This document shows positions 35,900 through 44,214 of a DNA stretch of 64,000 nucleotides, piece by piece. Origin of the DNA: an uncultured Rhodobacterales bacterium (GTDB taxonomy: Bacteria > Pseudomonadota > Alphaproteobacteria > Rhodobacterales > Rhodobacteraceae). Each line of letters opens with the position of its first letter. The first letter of the stretch is position 1. The translations under genes and the position numbers were made by a program. The DNA lies in NCBI GenBank assembly GCA_964580005.1, contig CAZOIZ010000002.1, positions 5,308 through 69,307 of the forward strand. The letters run 5' to 3'. The notes below the pieces were generated by a model. The model was not told the DNA's origin, searched no databases, and saw only the letters and a list, made by a program, of their open reading frames with translations.

Positions 35900-36455
35900 T
35901 TTCAGTGCCACGCTTTGTACAAACTTCGAACCAATTAATCATATAATCTTTGTGAGACCTTAAAACCGATATAAGTATTTCATCTGAAGATTTAATTAAG
36001 ATATTGATTTGTATTTCACCAAATCTTGTTCTAAAAAAATTCCTTTCAGCTATTATTAGCTTACCTAGGTCAAACGGAACCCCCTTTCGTAATATATCTA
36101 AAGACCGATTACCCTTAATTAAAAACCAAGACCTAAGATCCGTTGTATTTTCGGCAACCCCAGTTGTTAAGTTCATTTTCTCTTTAAACTGATTAAGCAA
36201 CCCCTCATTTGCCTTTTCTTCACTTAACAAGAGATACTCATCATTTGAAATCCAGCACAGCGTTAATTTATTCTTCTCTATTGCCTTTTGAACTGATGGA
36301 AGCTTTATTCCAATGTGTCTTTGAATAAGATTTAAGCTCGTTTTATCTGCCTGATCGATTCGAATATTTAATGAAGTTATGGACCCAATTAAATAAATGT
36401 CTACAAATGTATCACCCTTTATTCTATCCATCTTGTTTGGCACCCTCCGGATCAT
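35883..36455 (-). CDS. soxG: sarcosine oxidase gamma subunit
   Basis: Called from its position after soxA in a soxB-D-A-G order and from its size (about 180-190 aa). Start is uncertain (ATG 36455 or 36431). Confidence 0.65.
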   Translation of the reverse strand: MIRRVPNKMDRIKGDTFVDIYLIGSITSLNIRIDQADKTSLNLIQRHIGIKLPSVQKAIEKNKLTLCWISNDEYLLLSEEKANEGLLNQFKEKMNLTTGVAENTTDLRSWFLIKGNRSLDILRKGVPFDLGKLIIAERNFFRTRFGEIQINILIKSSDEILISVLRSHKDYMINWFEVCTKRGTEINFDL

Positions 36456-39411
36456 AGAAATTCGGGTCCACTATCTTTGCAAAGGTACTCTCCTTTGACG
36501 AACTCTCAAACTCCAAAGTTGATCCTTTTCTAGACCTACCATTTTCTATTAACCCAAGTGCTATTGATCTCTTCAAGGTAGGCGAGAAATATGTTGAAGT
36601 CACATGTCCAATAGCTTTACCATCTTCAAGAGCGTGACATCCGTCTGGAAGAACTTTGTCTTTATCAAGGGTAAGTATGCCAACTAATTGCTTTCTTACA
36701 ATAGAATTAAGGTAAGGCAAGCTAAACGCTTTTTTTCCTATAAAATCCTTTTTCTTTTTGGAAACAATCCAATCCATTCCTAAGTCATGAGGGGTAACGG
36801 TGCCATCTGTTTCATCTCCAACAACAATAAAGCCCTTTTCAGCCCTTAAAATGTGCAGTGCCTCGGTTCCATATGGTTGTACCTTGTATTTCTTTCCTGC
36901 CTTTAAGAGCTTATTCCATAGTTCTTCCGCTTGATTAGAGTTAACTGCTAATTCATAAGATAGTTCACCTGAAAAGGATATCCTATAAACCCTAACCCAT
37001 ATATCGTCGATATAAGTCTCCATGAAATGCATAAAAGGTAGTTTGTCAGGAGATAGATCAACGGACTTAAAAGTTTGTAATACTTCCCTTGCTTTGGGTC
37101 CGGCTATTGCTATTTGTGAATATTGTTCAGTCAAGTTGATTATAAACACCTTTAAATGATGCCACTCAGTCTGAAGCCATTCCTCAAACCAAGCATAAAC
37201 CCTATCGGCACCCCCTGACGTTGTATGACATAAAAATGTTTGTTCATTAAGTCTGGCAACTACACCATCATCAAAGACAAAACCCGCTTCATTACACATT
37301 AAACCATATCGGCACTTTCCAGTTTTCAAGCTCGACATCATATTTGTGTAGATCAAATCTAAAAACTGGCCTGCATCAGGGCCCTTGACCATAATTTTTC
37401 CAAGAGTTGATGAGTCCAGAAGACCAACATTTTTTCTAACGCTTAAGACCTCGCGATGAAGTGTGTCCTCCAAACTTTCTTTACCTTTGGGATATGCGTA
37501 TGCCCTTCTCCAATCTGCTACGGGTTCCCATATGGCGTTGTTTATTGAATTCCATTTGTCTATTGGGGTTTTTTTTACAGGCTTAAACAGCTTTTTTGTG
37601 TACTGACCAGCGATTAATCCTAATGGAACTGGTTTATATGGCGGTCTGAAAGTTGTGTGCCCAATGCTATCAACAGATTTTCCTAAACTTTGTGATAACA
37701 CATAAATACCATTGATATTTGATGTTTTACCTTGATCTGTTGCCATCCCTAAGGTGGTATATCTTTTCGCATGTTCCACATTCTCAAACCCTTCTTGGGC
37801 TGCAAGTTGCAAATCACTAACTTTTACATCATTTTGAAAATCAATATACATCCTCTTTTGTTTATCTTTTGTTGCTCCGTGAGGTAATACGAAGATTGGG
37901 CTTGCCTTTCTTTCCAGCTCTTTAGAAAATATGTTAGCCTCAATGTATCGTTTCGATTTAATTTTTAGCCGTGAGGCAAATTGATTGATTTTCCGAGGAA
38001 CTTGATCTTGGATATCATAGTTGCTAAATACACCCGCACAAGCACCGAGGGCTAACATATTCGTTTCACCATCTTTACCTAATGGTGTGTTATCGGGATC
38101 AGGTCTATAGAACCCCAAATCGCCATCCCATATAAGTTTTCCCCCACAATGTGACCAAAGATTAACATTTGGCGTCCATCCACCAGAAACAGCTATAGCA
38201 TTGCAAGAAATTAATTCTTCAATGGTTCCTTCACCATTTACAGAACAAATGCCGACAGCGTCTACTTTTCTCTTGCCTTCGACTTTACCTATGCATTTTC
38301 CGAATAGTATTCTAATGCCTAAGCCCTCAGCCTCTTTAACGAGTGGGCCATCAGATGAGGCTCTCGCATCGAGTACCACAGGCACATCAATGCCTACATG
38401 TTTTAGTTCAATGGCCGTTTTATAGGCATAATCGTTATTAGTTGTGAGGACTAGTCGATCCCCTAATAAAACACCATACTTTTGCAAGTAATCGCAAGCA
38501 GATGCAGCCAACATTATTCCAGGCAAATCGTTATCTGGAAAAACGATTGGCCTTTCAATTGCCCCTGTACAAAGGATAATTTTTTTTGCTCGAATTTTCC
38601 ATAAAGCCTTTTTTGTATTTATATTGTGAGCTTGATTTTCTTCATAAGCTAAAACAAACCCATGGTCAAAGATGCCGGTAACACAAGTGTTTAATTTTAC
38701 AGCAATATCCTTGGACTTTTTCAAAATTTCTATACTACTCTCATGCAATTTTTTATATCGCTCTCGGTCCTCCGATTTGCAATCCTGAAGGTACCTTCCA
38801 CCCATCACACTATCTTTCTCACAAAGCATTACAGAAAGACCTCTGTCCCTAAGTGCTTTGGCAGCTGTAATCCCAGCTAATCCACCCCCAATTATTAGTA
38901 TATCTGTATGATGATAAATGTGTTCATAGTGCTCTTCATCATACTCCTTTGGAGCCTTGCCTAATCCAGAGGCTCTTCTGATCATTGGTTCAAAGATGTA
39001 CTTCCATGCCGCTCTTGGCCACATAAACGTTTTATAATAAAAGCCCGCAGCAAAGAACCTAGCGAGTAAATTATTAATTGAAAGAAAATCAAATTTTAAT
39101 GACGGCCAATGATTTTGTGAATTTACATTCATATTTTGTTTTAGCTTTACCTCAGTGGCTCGAATATTTGGCTCAAAAAAAGATCCTTCCCCTATGCCCA
39201 TGAGTGCATTTGGTTCCTCTTCACCAGCAGTGAATATGCCTCTTGGCCTATGATATTTGAAGGATCTTGCCACTAACAGTTCATTATTGGCTAATAGAGC
39301 AGATGCAACAGTATCGCCATCAAAACCCTTAAGGTTTTTTCCGTTGAATCTAAAATCAACTATTTTTTCTCTGTTTATCCGAGAACCTCCTCGCGGCAGT
39401 CTAGAACTCAT
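36424..39411 (-). CDS. soxA: sarcosine oxidase alpha subunit
   Basis: 995 aa with FNGKNLKGFDGDTVASALLAN, ILIIGGGLAGITAA and a C-terminal aminomethyltransferase-like (folate-binding) region. Confidence 0.9.
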   Translation of the reverse strand: MSSRLPRGGSRINREKIVDFRFNGKNLKGFDGDTVASALLANNELLVARSFKYHRPRGIFTAGEEEPNALMGIGEGSFFEPNIRATEVKLKQNMNVNSQNHWPSLKFDFLSINNLLARFFAAGFYYKTFMWPRAAWKYIFEPMIRRASGLGKAPKEYDEEHYEHIYHHTDILIIGGGLAGITAAKALRDRGLSVMLCEKDSVMGGRYLQDCKSEDRERYKKLHESSIEILKKSKDIAVKLNTCVTGIFDHGFVLAYEENQAHNINTKKALWKIRAKKIILCTGAIERPIVFPDNDLPGIMLAASACDYLQKYGVLLGDRLVLTTNNDYAYKTAIELKHVGIDVPVVLDARASSDGPLVKEAEGLGIRILFGKCIGKVEGKRKVDAVGICSVNGEGTIEELISCNAIAVSGGWTPNVNLWSHCGGKLIWDGDLGFYRPDPDNTPLGKDGETNMLALGACAGVFSNYDIQDQVPRKINQFASRLKIKSKRYIEANIFSKELERKASPIFVLPHGATKDKQKRMYIDFQNDVKVSDLQLAAQEGFENVEHAKRYTTLGMATDQGKTSNINGIYVLSQSLGKSVDSIGHTTFRPPYKPVPLGLIAGQYTKKLFKPVKKTPIDKWNSINNAIWEPVADWRRAYAYPKGKESLEDTLHREVLSVRKNVGLLDSSTLGKIMVKGPDAGQFLDLIYTNMMSSLKTGKCRYGLMCNEAGFVFDDGVVARLNEQTFLCHTTSGGADRVYAWFEEWLQTEWHHLKVFIINLTEQYSQIAIAGPKAREVLQTFKSVDLSPDKLPFMHFMETYIDDIWVRVYRISFSGELSYELAVNSNQAEELWNKLLKAGKKYKVQPYGTEALHILRAEKGFIVVGDETDGTVTPHDLGMDWIVSKKKKDFIGKKAFSLPYLNSIVRKQLVGILTLDKDKVLPDGCHALEDGKAIGHVTSTYFSPTLKRSIALGLIENGRSRKGSTLEFESSSKESTFAKIVDPNFYDPEGAKQDG

Positions 39412-39734
39412 TTAATCCAACCCTTAAAATCAACTCTCGAACTCCTGATCTTTGCTAGCAATGATTTGGGTGGCAGTGCATCTTTGGCTGAATACGAGCC
39501 AAACACTTGGTTGGTTACAGTACATCTAGCCGTATGGAACCATTTTCCACAACCATAAACATGCCTCCATCTTTCAAAAATAATGCCTTTATCATTTTTT
39601 CTTTCATATAGATATTTATAAAAATCTTTATCGCTGGAAGTGTGATCTCTTCTTATTAAGTGGGCTTGACCGCCACAACTCAACTCTGTTTCATCACAAT
39701 CTCTTTGGCAAATAGGACAAAATAAATATAACAT
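39408..39734 (-). CDS. soxD: sarcosine oxidase delta subunit
   Basis: 108 aa with a Cys-rich N-terminus CPICQRDCDETEL. ATGA overlap with soxA. Confidence 0.8.
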   Translation of the reverse strand: MLYLFCPICQRDCDETELSCGGQAHLIRRDHTSSDKDFYKYLYERKNDKGIIFERWRHVYGCGKWFHTARCTVTNQVFGSYSAKDALPPKSLLAKIRSSRVDFKGWIK

Positions 39735-39742
39735 TACACTCC

Positions 39743-40990
39743 TTAATGGGCCACTGCTGCGGCAGCACTTTCATCTATTAATCTGCCTTCCGAAAATCTG
39801 TCCATTGAAAATGGAGCGGCTAAGTTCCCAGGTTCCTCATTATAAATCAATTCCGCTGTTGCCCAGCCTGACCCTGGAATAGCTTTAAACCCTCCCGTGC
39901 CCCATCCACAATTTATAAACAAACCCCCTACGGGCGTTTTAGAAATTATCGGAGATCTATCGCCGGTCATATCTACTATCCCGCCCCATTGCCGCAATTG
40001 TCGCAAGCGGCTTATTACTGGGAAAGTTTCGACCAAGGCACGCACGGTTTCCTCAATATGGAGAAAGCTTCCTCGTTGACTGTAATTATTATAGCCATCA
40101 GCCCCACCGCCTATAACAAGCTCTCCCTTATCAGACTGACTCAAATATCCATGCACTGTATTAGCCATAACAACACAATCTATAATTGGTTTTATTGGTT
40201 CTGATACTAACGCTTGGAGAGCCACTGACTCAATCGGCAATCTAAAACCTGCTAATTCGGACAAAACACTTGAGTGGCCCGCAGCGACAAAGCAAACCTT
40301 TTTTGCTTTTATTTGTCCTTTGGCGGTTTCAACTCCTACTATCTTTTCCCTTTTCTTTTTTATTCCGACGACCTCACACTGCTCTATTATATCAATACCA
40401 TAATCAGAGCACTTTCTTGCATATCCCCAAGCCACAGCATCATGGCGTGCAGTTCCACCTCTAGGCTGCCAGAGTGCTCCTAGCACAGGAAACCTCGGCC
40501 CATCAATATTAATAATTGGTACTATTTCTTTAACCTCATCTGGAGTAACCATTTTCGTATCTACTCCGTTAATTCTATTTGCGTGCGATGTTCTCTTCAT
40601 TGCTCTTAACTCATGCTCCGTCTGACAAAGCATGAGTACCCCCCTGGGGCTAAACATTATATTGTAATTTAGATCTTGTGAAAGCGTCTCATATAAAAAT
40701 CTAGACTTTTCATAAATACCAATGGAGCTTTCCTGCAAATAGTTGGAGCGGATTATTGTAGTATTACGCCCCGTGTTGCCGCCACCAATCCAGCCTTTTT
40801 CAATCACTGCGATATCAGTAACATTATAATTCTTAGCCAAGTAATAAGCAGTCGCCAGGCCATGGCCGCCCCCGCCCACAATTATTACCTCATATTCCTT
40901 TTTCGGTTTAGGCTTTGCCCAAGCTTTCTCCCAACCCAGATTATCTCTAAAGGCTTCGGTAACGATGGACGAAAATGAGTATTTTTTCAA
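39743..40990 (-). CDS. soxB: sarcosine oxidase beta subunit
   Basis: VIIVGGGGHGLATAYYL FAD fold; 415 aa. TTG start is preceded by AGGGGGAA with a 6-nt spacer. Confidence 0.9.
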   Translation of the reverse strand: MKKYSFSSIVTEAFRDNLGWEKAWAKPKPKKEYEVIIVGGGGHGLATAYYLAKNYNVTDIAVIEKGWIGGGNTGRNTTIIRSNYLQESSIGIYEKSRFLYETLSQDLNYNIMFSPRGVLMLCQTEHELRAMKRTSHANRINGVDTKMVTPDEVKEIVPIINIDGPRFPVLGALWQPRGGTARHDAVAWGYARKCSDYGIDIIEQCEVVGIKKKREKIVGVETAKGQIKAKKVCFVAAGHSSVLSELAGFRLPIESVALQALVSEPIKPIIDCVVMANTVHGYLSQSDKGELVIGGGADGYNNYSQRGSFLHIEETVRALVETFPVISRLRQLRQWGGIVDMTGDRSPIISKTPVGGLFINCGWGTGGFKAIPGSGWATAELIYNEEPGNLAAPFSMDRFSEGRLIDESAAAAVAH

Positions 40991-41022
40991 ATTTTATTCC
41001 CCCTAATTAACCCTTGTTTGCC

Positions 41023-41075
41023 TAGATCAAAAAATATATATCAAATACTACTTTTTACACAGTTTAATGATCTAG
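41023..41075. repeat. 8-bp perfect inverted repeat CTAGATCA ... TGATCTAG (37-nt spacer) in the soxB/ccmI divergent region
   Basis: Arms read directly at 41023-41030 and 41068-41075. Confidence 0.3.
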
Positions 41076-41089
41076 ACAAGAAACAGCTA

Positions 41090-41839
41090 ATGTACTTTTC
41101 AATTCTACTATTTGTAATAATCCTTACAAGCTTGTTTTTGTCTTTTAGGTACTTTATTTCGATGATGCAAAAAGCTAAAAAACAACAAAAACATTTATCT
41201 TCTGAACAAATCATAGTTAATAAAAAGAACCTACTTTCACTTATGGGCTTTATTTTTGTTACTGTCTTACTCTATTTTGGCCTGGGAAGACCTGATCTCC
41301 TTCAACCACAATTGCATCAAAAAAAATTAGAGCGTGCCTATGTTATAGATGAAAATAACTCAACAGATACCGATGAAATCGCAAAGCTGCTTTTGTTATA
41401 TAAAAAATTAAAAGAGACACTTGCAAAAAGGCCAAGTGACATACGTGGGTATAGTTTATTAGTGAAGACCTGTCTAACTTTAAATAAATATCATGAAGCA
41501 CGTTTAGCCCAAGAAAAAGTATTGGTTTTAAAGAAATCAGCCGCGAATATAAATGATTATGCTCTTTTGCTAGATACATATATTATTGCTGCCGAAGGTA
41601 GATTCTCAATAGAAGCATCCGAAATATTAAAGAAAGTAAAAATTAAATACCCCTTGAACGAAAATACTCACTTTTTTTTGGCCTTAGAGCACCTGGAAAG
41701 GAAAGAGTATAATGCTGCAATTAAAGCTTTTAAAAAATTAAAAAGGGAAAACTTACTTGTAACAGAGAAGTTGATTTTGCTTGAAAATAAACTTAAAAAA
41801 ATTGGCTTTTCCAGTGATCTAGAAAATTTAAATGATTAA
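41090..41839 (+). CDS. ccmI: c-type cytochrome biogenesis protein CcmI (CycH)-like, short form
   Basis: TM helix, basic loop, second TM helix, then YFGLGRPDL and TPR-like repeats. Start placed at ATG 41090 (MYFSILLFVII); the longest ORF begins at TTG 41018. Confidence 0.55.
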   Translation: MYFSILLFVIILTSLFLSFRYFISMMQKAKKQQKHLSSEQIIVNKKNLLSLMGFIFVTVLLYFGLGRPDLLQPQLHQKKLERAYVIDENNSTDTDEIAKLLLLYKKLKETLAKRPSDIRGYSLLVKTCLTLNKYHEARLAQEKVLVLKKSAANINDYALLLDTYIIAAEGRFSIEASEILKKVKIKYPLNENTHFFLALEHLERKEYNAAIKAFKKLKRENLLVTEKLILLENKLKKIGFSSDLENLND

Positions 41840-42311
41840 AGAAAACATAAATGACTTTTTCAATGATACGCAAAGAATTGGCCCCTTTCTAGGGATAGAT
41901 TTAGGAGAAAAAAGAGTAGGGCTATCCATTTCAGATAGGACTCAAAGCATAGCTTCAAACTATGCAACTCTTGAAAAGAAGAAATTTTCTCTTTTTTCTT
42001 TAGATCTCCAAGCCATAATAGATAAAGAAATGATTTGTGGAATAGTGATCGGCCTACCTCTAAATATGGATGGGTCAGAGGGACCAAAATGTCAGTCCAC
42101 TCGTCATTTTGCAAAGAATTTTTCAACGATAGTCAATCTTCCCATAACATTTTGGGATGAAAGATTAACAACAGTTGCAGCTGAAAGATCGCTTTTGTCA
42201 GCTGATTTATCTCGCAAAAAAAGGAAGCGGGTGGTTGACTCTGTTGCGGCTGTTTTAATTTTACAAAATTTGCTGGATCGCTTGAAGTACATACAGCATA
42301 AAAATACCTGA
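41832..42311 (+). CDS. ruvX: Holliday junction resolvase-like pre-16S rRNA nuclease YqgF
   Basis: LGIDLGEKRVGLSISD and DERLTT; overlaps the ccmI 3' end by 8 nt. Confidence 0.85.
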   Translation: MIKENINDFFNDTQRIGPFLGIDLGEKRVGLSISDRTQSIASNYATLEKKKFSLFSLDLQAIIDKEMICGIVIGLPLNMDGSEGPKCQSTRHFAKNFSTIVNLPITFWDERLTTVAAERSLLSADLSRKKRKRVVDSVAAVLILQNLLDRLKYIQHKNT

Positions 42312-42359
42312 TAAGTTTCTAATTTACTGCATTTGAAAATAAAAAGGGACCCGTTACTA

Positions 42360-43355
42360 TCAATAACTTGCAACCAAGCTATAAAGCTTTTTTAATTTTT
42401 CTGAATCTTCTGTTTGATTGCAGAATAGAAGCTGTTTGAAGTTCTTTGAATTTGCTTGCCCCTTAAATGCTCCCTTCAAATGTTTTAAAATAACTCTAAT
42501 TGCTGTCCCCTCAGCTTTCTCTCTATAACAATACTCAATCATATTCCAGATAGCATCTCGCATATTTCTGCCCTTCTCTATTTGGTCGAAAATTTCTCTA
42601 TCTACTCCCAATAATATTGACGGATTTTCATACGCTTCTCGACCAATCATCACCCCAGAAACAGACTTTTCTAAACATAATTTAATATTTTCCATTGCTG
42701 TTAACCCTCCATTTAAAATGATATCAAGTTCTGGAAATTTGTTTTGCATTTGATAAACTAACGGATATTGGAGTGGTGGAACTTTTCTATTGTCTTTTGG
42801 GGACAGACCCCCGAGTAAAGCTTTCCTGGCATGTATTATGAAAACGTTACAACCAGAATTTGCTACCTTGGATATAAATTCAGGTAGAACTTCCTCAGGA
42901 TTTTGATTATCAACTCCGATCCTTGACTTTACGGTCACAGGAATTTTTCCTGCTGAGTTTTTCATGGCCTCCACACAAGATCTAACTAAGTCAATCTTTT
43001 TCATAAGAGCTGCCCCAAAATTCCCAGATTTTACTCTTGACGATGGGCAACCAACATTTAAGTTGACCTCATCATATCCAAAATCTACTGCTATCTTGGT
43101 AGCTTCAGCCAAAAGCCTAGGATCATTTCCCCCCAATTGTAGAGCAACAGGGTGTTCAATAGGATTGAAACTCAAAAATCTTTTTCTATTGCCAAAGATA
43201 ATGGCTCTATCGACAATCATTTCACTGTATAACAGAGCATGTCGTGACAGTTGCCTATGGAAGTAACGACAGTGCCTATCAGTGCAGTCCATCATAGGCG
43301 CGACACTTAGCCGTCTATTTATACTACCCAACCATTTTCTCTTCATTAATGACAA
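42360..43355 (-). CDS. dusA: tRNA-dihydrouridine synthase A
   Basis: LSVAPMMDCTDRHCRYF and an NLNVGCP segment. Confidence 0.9.
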   Translation of the reverse strand: MSLMKRKWLGSINRRLSVAPMMDCTDRHCRYFHRQLSRHALLYSEMIVDRAIIFGNRKRFLSFNPIEHPVALQLGGNDPRLLAEATKIAVDFGYDEVNLNVGCPSSRVKSGNFGAALMKKIDLVRSCVEAMKNSAGKIPVTVKSRIGVDNQNPEEVLPEFISKVANSGCNVFIIHARKALLGGLSPKDNRKVPPLQYPLVYQMQNKFPELDIILNGGLTAMENIKLCLEKSVSGVMIGREAYENPSILLGVDREIFDQIEKGRNMRDAIWNMIEYCYREKAEGTAIRVILKHLKGAFKGQANSKNFKQLLFCNQTEDSEKLKKLYSLVASY

Positions 43356-44094
43356 AATTTTTGTTGTTTAAGGCATCGCGAAAAGCTGAAAACAGCTTCA
43401 CTGAATTCGTATCTCTCGAAGCCTGCCATTCCGGATGCCACTGTACTGCCAGACAAAAGCCTTTTGATCCGAAAATTGATATGGCTTCAGGAGTGCCATC
43501 AGGAGCACGGCCATCTATAGACACTCTCTTTCCTGGTTGATCTATACCCTGTCCATGTAATGAGTTGACATTAATCTTTTTTGCACAAAATATCTGCTCA
43601 AAGACGCACCCTGCTACAAAGTTTACCTCATGCCTTAGAGCAAATTTTTCTTCCAAAGTACCATCAGGTGGCATCCTGTGATTCATCCTGCCAGGTAAGT
43701 CTCTTATTTCAGGATGTAGCGAGCCTCCAAAGGCAACATTGAACTCTTGAAAACCTCTGCAAATACCTAAAATAGGTTTTCCAATCTTTTCACATTCCTT
43801 TATCAGTGGAATAACAACTTGATCTCTTCCCAAATCAAATTCGCCATGCTCTTTAGTTGCTTTCTGTCCATAAAATTTTGGATGCACATTTGGACGCCCG
43901 CCAGTAAAGATGAAACCATCACATATATTCATCAGTTCTTTAGAAGTTGCATTTTTTGGAACACCTGGTACGACAAGCGAGATTGCGTTGCATATTTCCA
44001 TTATTGGTTCAATATTCATCAACCCAGTCGTTTGAGCCGGATAGGTGTCATTTATCAAATGTGAGTTTCCTATTATACCTACAACTGGTTTCAA
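43324..44094 (-). CDS. class-I glutamine amidotransferase / gamma-glutamyl-GABA hydrolase-like (peptidase C26)
   Basis: ILGICRGFQEFNVAFGGSL nucleophile elbow and AVQWHPE. Start placed at TTG 44094 (GGAG plus 6-nt spacer) rather than the longest-ORF TTG 44127. Confidence 0.75.
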   Translation of the reverse strand: MKPVVGIIGNSHLINDTYPAQTTGLMNIEPIMEICNAISLVVPGVPKNATSKELMNICDGFIFTGGRPNVHPKFYGQKATKEHGEFDLGRDQVVIPLIKECEKIGKPILGICRGFQEFNVAFGGSLHPEIRDLPGRMNHRMPPDGTLEEKFALRHEVNFVAGCVFEQIFCAKKINVNSLHGQGIDQPGKRVSIDGRAPDGTPEAISIFGSKGFCLAVQWHPEWQASRDTNSVKLFSAFRDALNNKNFVINEEKMVG

Positions 44095-44214
44095 TGTATT
44101 CTCCAAAACGATGTGAAAAACAGCCAAATGCTAAATGGCTACTCTTTTCAAAAATTCTTGTTATTTATTAAAACATATAGTTGGATAAGTCAAAGTCCAA
44201 ACAAAGGAGGTATA

